From Eledone cirrhosa (taxonomy: Eukaryota): DNA of 64,000 nucleotides. Shown one piece after another: positions 14,644-26,000 of the stretch; position 1 is the stretch's first letter; each line of letters opens with the position of its first letter. A program made the translations under genes and the position numbers. The notes beneath the pieces were generated by a model. It worked only from the letters and a program-made list of their open reading frames with translations, made no database searches and was not told the DNA's origin. The DNA lies in contig OZ024742.1 in the NCBI GenBank assembly GCA_964016885.1, positions 143,220,001 to 143,284,000 of the forward strand, read 5' to 3'.

Positions 14644-14719
14644 TGTCTAGGTGCATGAATGTGTGTATGTTACTAGTTTCAATCATTGAAATGCATTGAT
14701 GCTTGGATACCGCTTTTAA

Positions 14720-15320
14720 AGGTTTAGCCGATCATAACATGTGAGTGATGTTGAGGTCCTTGAGAGAAGTGAGTGTCGGAGCATTGACAGTATCATCCTC
14801 CAACGACGTTTGCGATGGACCGGACACCTCTGCAGAATGGAGGATGATCGAATCCCGAAACAACTTTTGTATGGTGAGCTTTGTAAATGTAAGAGACCAC
14901 CTCACAAGCCAAGGCTCCGATTCAAAGATTGTGTAAAGGACTCATTGAAAAAAAAAACTGGTTTGATAGTGGCTGACTGGAAGATAGAAGCTCTTGAAAG
15001 AGAAACTTGGCGTGGAATGGTAAATGATGGGGTCCATAATTTTGAGGGCAGACGCATAGAGCACGAGAAGATCAAACGGGATGTGCGTAAGCAATGCTTG
15101 AGCAAATCTTGTCTCAAGAGCCACCGTCGCAGCCATGTTAAAGAGAACCAGTGAACTATGATCTCCACGGTATTGTGATGCAACCTGATGCAAAACCTGA
15201 GGCCAGGGAGATCCATAGTTGTCGTCAATGTGCGAAGGCGTGCACATTTCTAGCGGGCTTGAAAAGCCATATCTGAGCATCACATCTGAATCTGACAAGC
15301 GATTGCAGTACTGTTAGCAG
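14720..15320 (+). pseudogene. RTE/BovB-like LINE 3' fragment
   Basis: RRLRWTGHLCRMEDDRIPKQLLYGEL...PRLRFKD, followed by a degenerate C2H2-like motif in another frame. Confidence 0.85.
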
Positions 15321-15391
15321 AGTTTTCAGCCATTCATGTATATATATATATCTCCCACCCTAGTACCTTCAATATTTTATTTCTCATTCTT

Positions 15392-15427
15392 TCTTCTGAT
15401 GAAGGACTAGCGTCCGAAACGTTAAGA
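15392..15427 (+). ncRNA. Minimal type I hammerhead ribozyme
   Basis: ucuu-CUGAUGA-a-ggac-uagc-gucc-GAAAC-GUU-aaga, with palindromic stem III AACGUU. Confidence 0.75.
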
Positions 15428-15506
15428 CCCTCTTCCTGCTATATCAAGCGTTAACCTAATATATACCTTCCATATACTGTACCGATTGTGTTGTTATTTG
15501 TTTACC

Positions 15507-15616
<110 letters not shown>

Positions 15617-16504
15617 TGATAAATGTTCGAGTGTATGCTTAAGAGTATATTTGTATATGCTCTCTTGTAGGAGTGCACATGTGTATATAGACATACACGC
15701 GCATCCAGAAGTATAAAAGTGTGGGTGGGTATATATGTCTGTACTAAGGGATTCGCCTAAGCTCCAAAGCCCCCAAGCTATTGCTGTGAAGATATATATC
15801 ACACTCTACTTTTGTCTAGTCTAAACAATAACTTTTCCAAACACCCACTTTACTTTTCTTTAAAAATAACACCCACCTAGTTTTATGTCTGCCTTATACT
15901 TGGATTTGGGGGCCTCTGTTGCATATATATATGCACTTGTGCGTACATATATATATACACACACCTGTATGGATTTGTGTGTGTCTGAGGGGGTAGGTGT
16001 GAGTGTATGTACAAATCAACCAACATAAGTCTTTTTATTTCTAAAATTTCTAAACTTTCTAAGTATTTGACTCTAACCATTATTTTAAGTATTACCACCC
16101 CACATTAATTCCTCAATTTGTATGTGTGGACGTGTGTGTGTGTCTGTGGAGGTGGGTGTGAGTGTATGTGCAAGTCAACCTACATAAGTTTTTATTTGTA
16201 AATTTTCTAGTATTCTACTCTAACCATAATTTTCAGTAGTACCACTCCACATAAATTCCTCAATTTAAGAATGACCTGTAGTATATATTTCATACTATAA
16301 ACCTTAATTGAATATATATCTGACCAGGAATGCTTTTTGTGAAAATCAGTCATATGGAACTATTGTCATCTTGCCTGACGGTTTGAACTTTACAACACCA
16401 CTTGCCTCTTTCAGGTCAAATACCAACCCTACTAGCATCTACAAACTGACCAATGAGAATTAAGATTATTCCTGCTGACAACATTAACTTATTCCTAACA
16501 AGCT

Positions 16505-16673
16505 CATATGTCCCAAGGCTCTAATACCATCAACGCCATAAACACAGAGCTGGCATATCTAAGAACTGATTAACTGCCTGATGAGGTCATAGCCATTCAA
16601 TGGCTATCATCGAAATATATATAGCAGGAAATAAAGGATTATGAGCTCATGCAATTGACTTACGTTTCGTCAC
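16505..16673 (+). mobile_element. Penelope-like pLTR with hammerhead at 16574-16627
   Basis: cugc-CUGAUGA-ggucauagccau-uca-auggcuaucauc-GAAAU-auau-AUA-gcag. Confidence 0.75.
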
Positions 16674-16706
<33 letters not shown>

Positions 16707-16812
16707 AGGGATCAATATCCCGACAGGTACTAAGTACCCCTGGAAATATATAGGGTGTCTATGGTACAGTGGTTGTTCTATGGTATTAATTTGACATACC
16801 AGAACTATAAAT

Positions 16813-17423
<611 letters not shown>

Positions 17424-17525
17424 TGTATATATATATATATACTGTATATATATATATATATATATACTGTATATATATATATATATATATACAGTATATA
17501 TATATATACAGTATATATATATATA

Positions 17526-17572
<47 letters not shown>

Positions 17573-17599
17573 ATATATATATATATATATATATAACTT

Positions 17600-18010
17600 T
17601 GAATAACTTTGAAATGTTTTGGCCAGTATTGGCCCAGGCCATGTCTAACTTAATAGCACCACCTGGCGAAGTCTTTCAATTCAGGATTTGGGTACCATGG
17701 CCCATTCGAGAAGAGAATTACTGTTTGCGGAGACATATCCGGGTGTGGGTGGTTTGTCCGGGATTACTTGGAGGAATTTGTCCAAATACTTCTTGAATTT
17801 TGTGTGGTCAGTTTCTGTTTTGACGTGTCCTGGTGTGATGTTGAAGAGAGCAGGGCCAATTGAGGTGAAATAATTGTGCCGTATTGTTGTTATGAGTTGC
17901 GATTTAGATTTTTGTTTGGGACGGATAGCACGGGGCCCAAGCCTTGGGTGTATTTTGAAGGCGATGCCAACATCATTTGGGCAGTGATGATGGAACATTT
18001 TCCACATCAT
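17600..18010 (-). pseudogene. CR1-group LINE 3' fragment
   Basis: HPRLG...IGPALFNITP...[22 protein letters not shown], typical of a CR1-type ORF2 C-terminus. Confidence 0.8.
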
Positions 18011-18037
18011 GCAGATAATATAACGCTCACGGCTATA

Positions 18038-18168
<131 letters not shown>

Positions 18169-18211
18169 AACAAGTATGACCCTGACGGCAGAGCTCAAGC
18201 CGTTTCGACGG

Positions 18212-18273
<62 letters not shown>

Positions 18274-18459
18274 TAATAAAAACAATGAATAAAAACAAAG
18301 AAACAGTTCATTATATTAAAAAATTCATCATTTTACGATCGTTTCTAGGATATATATGTGTGTTGGTATGTATATCATATAGATCTATGTAAAAGTTTTA
18401 CAAACTATCAGAGGGAATATACATACTTACACATATATATGCTGTCTTCAGATATATCT

Positions 18460-18553
<94 letters not shown>

Positions 18554-18554
<1 letters not shown>

Positions 18555-19648
18555 AAACATGAGAAGAAAGAAGAATACTGCGTGGTTTGCACATGGGTTA
18601 CATATGATAAAAATAGTCCTTCGTCAGTGATTTTCCAACCATCATTGGTATTTCATCGCATTAAAAATCAGATACCTCAGGTTGGTGCGAGCAATAATCT
18701 AAAAAAAGTTATTGGGACCAGTAGGGGGACAAGTGAACAACATAGAAGGATAAAAACAAACCAAAGAAAGGAAATAAACACGCAACATGGTAGTCTTGGT
18801 CAGCATAACCTGGGTGGATTTCATGAGCGAAAAGTACAGACGTCCGACGTGAGTGAGATGTAAGCAAGAAGAGGCCCACTGTTAGCCAAACGGGAGGAAG
18901 TGAGAAGGGGAGAAACAGAGAGTGAGTGAGTGGAAGTGCGAGGAGGCGGTCAGTCGAGACAAAGTGTAACTGACAGAGGAGGCGAAAGAAGGTGAGAGAA
19001 ACAGAGAGAGCGGGGAAGCAGTAAGAGAGAAACAGAAAAACGCAGCCGAGGCAAATATATATAAAAAACATGAGAAGAAAGAAGAATACTGCGTGGTTTG
19101 CACATGGGTTACATATAATAAAAATAGTCCTTCGTCAGTGATTTTCCAACCATCATTGGTATTTCATCGCATTAAAAATCAGATACCTCAGGTTGGTGCG
19201 AGCAATAATCTAAAAAAAGTTATTGGGACCAGTAATCGCGTAACGCGAGGGGGACAAGTGAACAACATAGAAGGATAAAAACAAACCAAAGAAAGGAAAT
19301 AAACAAGCATAAGCTGGGTGGATTTCATGAGCGAAAAGTACAGACGTCCGACGCGAGTGAGATGTAAGCAAAAAGAGGCCCACTGTTAGCCAAACGGGAG
19401 GAAGTGAGAAGAGGAGAAACAGAGAGTGAGTGAGTGGAAGTGCGAGGAAGCGGTCAGTCGAGAGAAAGTGTAACTGACAGAGGGGGCAAAAGAAGGTGAG
19501 AGAAACAGAGAGAGCGGGGAAGCAGTAAGACAAACGCAGCCGAGGTAAATATATATAAAAAAACATGAGAAGAAAGAAGAATACTGCGTGGTTTGCACAT
19601 GGGTTACATATGATAAAAATAGTCCTTCGTCAGTGATTTTCCAACCAT

Positions 19649-19650
<2 letters not shown>
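18554..19650. repeat. Partial tandem repeat, about 2.2 units of about 500 bp, between (TA)n tracts
   Basis: The unit start aaacatgagaagaaagaagaatactgcg occurs at about 18555, 19066 and 19561. Confidence 0.9.
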
Positions 19651-19704
<54 letters not shown>

Positions 19705-19732
19705 GCCGATATTACTTCTTGGTGTTTTAATT

Positions 19733-19770
19733 GCCCTGATGAGTCCTTAATAGGACGAAACATTGTCGGC
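19733..19770 (+). ncRNA. Minimal type I hammerhead ribozyme (canonical core)
   Basis: gcc-CUGAUGA-guccu-uaau-aggac-GAAAC-auu-GUC-ggc, followed by AAUAAA, in an island of about 120 bp within (TA)n. Confidence 0.85.
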
Positions 19771-19816
19771 TAATAAAGACTTTTGATGTATTGAAGGCTT
19801 CTTTGTTTTACTCTCT

Positions 19817-19850
<34 letters not shown>

Positions 19851-19892
19851 TTATATATGTATATTTATTTAGCCATCCAAACATGTATACAT

Positions 19893-19925
<33 letters not shown>

Positions 19926-19928
<3 letters not shown>

Positions 19929-20150
19929 AAAAAGAGATGAAATCGAAAATGCAACTGGAGTCTTATTTAAAAAAAATATATATATATTTATTTGGTTTCT
20001 TTACAGATGTGAGAAAAACCACAGACCCTCCATCTCAACTCACCTTTTGAAAAGCAGAAGAACTGCGAAACCGGTAAAGGAACCAAATAAATATATATAT
20101 TTTCTAAAAAAATAAGACTCCAGTTGCATTTTCGATTTCATCTCTTTTTC

Positions 20151-20228
<78 letters not shown>

Positions 20229-20285
20229 ACTCGTGTAGGACGTCTCGGTTATTTTTCATTTTGTAAAAAAAACCTCACTTTCTAA
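19926..20285 (+). mobile_element. Second copy of the 5842-6202 fold-back element; hammerhead (U3-A8) at 20043-20080
   Basis: Same sequence with a shorter inverted left arm and (TA)n inside the tail. Confidence 0.75.
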
Positions 20286-20847
20286 TATATATATATATAA
20301 TTATTTGCTCTTCTGCCAAGCAGACATTGATTTCTTGTTCCGTAGTTCATTTTGTGAAACTCTCTTCTAACATTTCCGATTCTCTTCGACATTTTAATTT
20401 CCATGTAGAGTTTCAATTGCGTCTTTCAGAGAAACAATGGCTTTAAATATTGAATTAATCAGAGTTCAGAATTTGGTCTCTTTACCTTTTTTTTTGTCTT
20501 TTCATGGGTTTCTTTTTTTTATGTTTTTTGCTATTTTTTCTCTTTGTACGTTTATTTTTATTTCATCATTCAACGTTTTTAAAATTCCATTTCTACTTTT
20601 AAATCCATCAATATAATTTATTTTTAAATTTTATTTCCTTGTCTGCCTTTTTCTCTTCCGTCCTTCTCTCCCTCCCTCATTTTCTATCACACATACTCCG
20701 TGTCTCTAGCTTTTTATATATATATTTTTCTTGATCTCTTTAAAAACAGACTGACAAACAAAAACAACATATTAACCAAATGCTGTATCTATCAACCAAT
20801 TAAACTATCTCTCTCTCCTTCTCTGCCTATCTCTCTCTCCTTCTCTT

Positions 20848-20917
<70 letters not shown>
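20848..20917 (+). repeat. (TCTA)n microsatellite, 5' flank of Tx1-A
   Basis: Direct reading. Confidence 0.95.
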
Positions 20918-21134
20918 AGTCGTGTGTCACTTCGCGGAGAAGTTTCCGTTAATTTATGTAAGGAAAAAACGTGAGTTTTTAGTTCAATTTTATATCATTG
21001 TGTAACTTGACCACCCGTCTGGACCTTCAGGTGGTGGGTCAACTCATTTTCGCCCCTTCAGGGGCGGAATATCCATTTAAAAAATTTTTCTCCATCGAAT
21101 CTTGGAAAAAATATTGTAAAATTTTGATTACGTT

Positions 21135-23051
21135 ATGAACGCTGCGTCCAACGATAATGGTGGTGGAGAGGCGGTAAGACTACCAAGCTCGCAGTCAACA
21201 ACGTCTTCTTCACTAGATACTATAGAGATGGAAAGACGAAATGAAAATAAAAAAACGAATTCACATCCAAACAACACAAATGACACCAAACAGCTCAATG
21301 ACAACAAAAATAACAGCAAAACCAATAATGATGATAAAAGCAACAATGATAACAACAACAAAGAAAAAAATAAAGACAACGCCAATAACACCAGCATCAA
21401 AGACAACAACGACACCAAGGAAAATACGGATGATACCAACATCGGTGACAACAAGAATAACAACAAGAATAACAACAATAATGACAACACCACCAATACG
21501 GATTCCACAAAGAAACCAAAAATCTCCTTTGCGGAGAAAGTTCAAAAGAAAGAACAATTGATATATCTCGACATAACAAATGCTGAACACCTTTTAAAGG
21601 ACGCTAAGAGATATGTCACCTTCGAAAAAAATGGTGCTTTCAGCATCAATTCTCCGGTAGAAATTCGCAAGGAAACTGCTCTCAAAACGATAGTTTTTAG
21701 GACAGTTTCCAATTCTACCCGAAAACCAGTCCAATTGTCACAGAAAGATATTGAACTGGTTTTCAAAGATTCAATGAATGATATTGCATTCATTCAAAGA
21801 AGCAAACTTTTTGGGAGTATTTCGGTACTGATGAAGGATCAATTGACGGCCCAAAATTACTCTGTGTCGCCAATTGTATCCAACCTGTACACCTTTTTCC
21901 CTACATACATGGGAAAAAGGACACAAAAGATCAGAATCACAAGTGTCACACCAAAGGTGAACATATGGTGGATACTGTGCGGCTTCATCAATTTTGATGA
22001 AGACAGAATACTGTCAGTAGGCAAGTCCCCCAGAGATGTATTCAATGGGACTAGCATTGAAGTTCTGGTGCAAATGAGCCCAGAGCGAATAGCTATGATC
22101 CCACAGCGTGTACTCCTGGACGGACTTACCTACATAAACCTTTCGGTTGAGGGTAGGCGGCCTTCATGTTACCATTGCTTTAGCAGGGGTCACCTGAGGG
22201 CTTCCTGTCCTAAACTAATGAACCAAAAAAAGGCTCTTCTGCCAACACCCATCAAAACAACACAACCACCAACACCACCACTACAACAACAACACCAACA
22301 CACAAAAATAACCACAACAAACACAGTCCCACCCAACCTCACTCCACCTAAAACCACTGCAAAATCACATACAGACACAACAGCTCCCCAAGACATACCC
22401 CTCCCCAATCACACAGACGATACAACAGATGAGGCTATCTCGCCATCACCCAGTGAAGACGAGGGAGAACCCCATCGCTCGAAAAGAAAGAAAAGACATC
22501 ACAAAAGCAAAAAACCAGTAAACACTACCACAAACATACAACCACCAACACAAACAACAAAAATATCACAAACAAAACCCCCACCTCCTGAAAACAAAAT
22601 ACCTACAACAAAACGAAAGCACACACAAGAACTACAGACAAAAACAAACACAACACAAGAAAATTACACTTACACTTACATAAACACTGAAAACAAAACA
22701 CTAATGGAGACCATTACGAACGACCCTTCGGTTTTCACCGAAGGGAAAACTTTCGCCCACTCTATAAAAAATAGCAAAAAAATGAACCTAAAACTGATTA
22801 GGGTCCCTATACAAACTTATAGGTCCCTAAAAGAAACATTTGAGAAGGATGTGGGGAATTCCTGCGTGAAACCACTCAACCGCGTCCTTCTCAAATGCCT
22901 CCCCACTCCAGACACCCCCATCCCACCAGACCCCACCCCACCAAACATCTGCGTCCCCACCCCGCCGGAAACCACCACCCATCCAGACAACCCCTCCAAC
23001 ACCCCCATGGAAATCGTGCGGCCTGGTCCCCAGGAGGCGAAGGGTGAGTGA
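21135..23051 (+). CDS. ORF1 (gag-like nucleic acid binding protein)
   Basis: 638 aa. Asn-rich N-terminus, zinc knuckle CYHCFSRGHLRASC, Pro/Thr linker, conserved C-terminal block. Confidence 0.9.
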   Translation: MNAASNDNGGGEAVRLPSSQSTTSSSLDTIEMERRNENKKTNSHPNNTNDTKQLNDNKNNSKTNNDDKSNNDNNNKEKNKDNANNTSIKDNNDTKENTDDTNIGDNKNNNKNNNNNDNTTNTDSTKKPKISFAEKVQKKEQLIYLDITNAEHLLKDAKRYVTFEKNGAFSINSPVEIRKETALKTIVFRTVSNSTRKPVQLSQKDIELVFKDSMNDIAFIQRSKLFGSISVLMKDQLTAQNYSVSPIVSNLYTFFPTYMGKRTQKIRITSVTPKVNIWWILCGFINFDEDRILSVGKSPRDVFNGTSIEVLVQMSPERIAMIPQRVLLDGLTYINLSVEGRRPSCYHCFSRGHLRASCPKLMNQKKALLPTPIKTTQPPTPPLQQQHQHTKITTTNTVPPNLTPPKTTAKSHTDTTAPQDIPLPNHTDDTTDEAISPSPSEDEGEPHRSKRKKRHHKSKKPVNTTTNIQPPTQTTKISQTKPPPPENKIPTTKRKHTQELQTKTNTTQENYTYTYINTENKTLMETITNDPSVFTEGKTFAHSIKNSKKMNLKLIRVPIQTYRSLKETFEKDVGNSCVKPLNRVLLKCLPTPDTPIPPDPTPPNICVPTPPETTTHPDNPSNTPMEIVRPGPQEAKGE

Positions 23052-23084
23052 TCTCTTTTCCTCTTTTAACTTTTCAGCACCAAC

Positions 23085-26000
23085 ATGGCCAATATAAGAG
23101 TTGGATGTGTGAATGTACGCGGCCTGGGGATGCCCTGGAAACAGGGCAAACTCTTAAACGACCTCAGGTCGCACAGTTTGGATGTGGTAGCCATTTGCGA
23201 GTCCAGGATCCACGGCGAGCGACAGCTGGCCCCCATCTTCGATGACTTTGAGATCTACGCATCTCTCTGTCAACCGGGGGGTGGGGGCGGAGTTGCCGTT
23301 TTGCTGCGGAAACACCTGGGCCTCGTAACACAGACGGTACATCTGGACCCGGAGGGTCGACTGGTGGTCCTAGACGTTGACGGTAGTGAAGGTGGAGCGT
23401 TCAGGCTGGTGGCCGCATATGCCCCATCCGGGACACCGCGGCCAGACTTCTTCAAACGTCTAGAGACTTTTCTGGGAACGTCCCGCTCCTTGCTTTTAGT
23501 GGGGGACTGGAATGGAATCCTAGATGCACGTTGGGACTATGTGGGAGCATGTCCCGATAAAGGGGGGTGTAACAGCCTCAAACAGTTAATCGACCGATTT
23601 GACCTGGCCGATAGATATCGACTAGATTTTCCGACTGCGCCACTGTGGACGTGGAGTAATCGTAGCGGAACATCTAGATCGTACCTAGATAGGGTTCTAG
23701 TTAGAAATAAGGATAGGGACATGTTAAGCTGTCCACAAATGTTCATGGTTGCCTATTCAGATCACAAACTAGTGACCTGCATGGCCAACCTTGATAGAAC
23801 CCATAGACAAGGACCCGGCTACTGGAAGCTGAACTTGTCGTTACCGACAAGCAAAGCCTACAGTAGACGGATTAGCACTTTAGTTAAACAGCACTTGACA
23901 GGCGCCATTGTCAACAACAGATGGTGGTACTCTCTCAAGAGGGCAGTTAGATTAGACTCGATAGTTTTTAGTAAAGAATTAGCGTTAGATAGAAATAGAA
24001 CCGAGAAGGAACTGGTAGATAAAGTAGAAGAGGCAATTAGAAGTGGCAACGTAGCCAGCGTGCTAGCAACGAGAACGGCCTTGGACCAGTTCTTCGACGC
24101 AAAGCACGAGGGCTGCGTTGTCAGAAGCAAAATACGTGCTCTGGGAAACGAGGGAGCCAAAGCTGTTAGCTGGGCCCGAGTGACGGAGGCAAAAAGTGGC
24201 AACAAGTCCACGATTCGGTCTTTGAAGGACCAAAACGGACGCGTGATACGTGAGCCGAAGCAGATGTGTGCGGCTTTTCAGCGGCACTTTGCTCGGCTGT
24301 TCGGGGGGAGCGGCGCGCCGGGAGAGGCTATGGATTTCGGTCCATACCTCGACGGCCTACCGCGACTCTCGGACAGCGAGGCGAAGTTCTGCGAAAAGCC
24401 GATTTCAGCCACTGAGATAGGGGACGCGCTGAGCCAATGCGGCAAACGCAAATCTCCAGGTCTCGACGGTCTACCCTACGAATTTTACGTAGCAATGCCG
24501 GACTTATTCTCCGGTCTCCTGGAAGCGGTCTACTGCAACTGGCAACAGAACGGGAGAATTCCCAGTTCTGTAACCGGGGGCGTGGTCACACTAATCAGGA
24601 AGGACGAGAATAAGGGGGATGACATAGGCAACTTCCGGCCCATAACTCTGCTAAACACAGAGTTACAGATTTTGGCCAAGGTGTTGGCAAAGAGGCTGGC
24701 GCTTGTCGTCGAGAACCTGGTGGGAGAAGCGCAGACATGCGCGATCCCGACCAGGTCCATACACGACAACCTCCACCTCATGCGATACATCATAGAGAGG
24801 GTAGGGTGTAAACCCGGCTTCGGTGGGGCCCTGATCAACTTGGATCAGTCTAAGGCTTTCGATAGGGTTGACCATCGTTACCTGGATGCGGTGCTCGAGG
24901 CGGCAGGCTTCGGACCCGTGTTCAGGGGCTGGATTGCTGCAATGCACAACAGCAACATCTGCTCAAGGGTCAAGGTGAACGGTTACCTCTCGGAGCCGTT
25001 CCATATTACGCGATCCATTCGACAGGGATGCCCTCTCTCCTCCCTTCTGTACGTACTGACTCTCGAGCCACTACTGCGGAAGCTGGAGCTATTGCAGGGC
25101 ATCCCTCTGGAACCGGGACTGCGGAAAGCGGCGTCGGCCTACGCCGACGACGTGACAGTAATGGTGTCGAGCGCCTCGCAAATCGAGGAAGTCGGCACCT
25201 TACTAAAGGAATACGAAAGTCTCACAGGAGCGAAGCTGAACCGGGACAAGTCCATCGGTTTGCAACTCGGATCGTGGAGAGGCAGACCGATGCCTTCCGA
25301 TGGCGTCGTCGGACGCTGGACGGAAGGACCGGTAAAGCTGCTCGGGGTCTGGTTTGGTCCGGACCTCCAGGTGGAGAAGAACTGGAACGAAGTGACGGCC
25401 AAGGTGTTTGCACTCACCCAGAAGTGGGCCGAGTGCAAACTATCCTTGAAAGGTCGAGCGGAGGTGGCGAACACTTTTATAGCGTCCGCCATCTACTACC
25501 GCTTGACCGTCGTGCCTTGTCCAGCCAAAACGCTCGCCAAAATGGAGCGCGCCCTCTTCCGATTCCTTTGGAAGAGGCGGGCTCCTTTGGTAAGAAGATC
25601 CATCTGCTGCCAACACCCTTCTAACGGAGGGCTGGGGATGCCGTGGTTGACGATGCGCAAACACGCGCTCAGGCTGCGGCATCTCTACGTATTCCTCACC
25701 GGACAACCGGTGTGGGCCCCGTTCGTGAGGCGAGCCTTCCCACGACTCGTCTCGCTGACCGAGCTGCAGTCCTGGGTCAAGCAGAGACCGAGGAAAATGG
25801 GCGACTGGCACATCGAATGTGCTCAGGCGCTCACAGCCCTCTGGCAGGCGGACCCGGCGATCAGTGGAGACTCCACTTCGTCATTCTATAGAGGGTTGGT
25901 CCGCAGCAAGTGCGACGACGCGCTCGGTGAAACTCTAGGCGTGGAGGAAGATGAACTGGCCAGTCTGTTCGGTAGGACCTTCCGCCCGGGACCGATGGAC

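Noticed and set aside
15883-16098. GIY-YIG-like peptide KYLESLEI
   Set aside because: It lies in a locally duplicated AT-rich unit with no convincing upstream GIY/YIG motifs.
23044-23077. Mini-intron fusing ORF1 to ORF2
   Set aside because: It would be only 34 nt (36 in B, about 28 in C), and splicing leaves ORF2 out of frame in A and B.
25028-25624. Alternative-frame and antisense ORFs inside the LINE ORF2s
   Set aside because: These are by-products of GC-rich coding sequence; recurrence reflects copy homology only.
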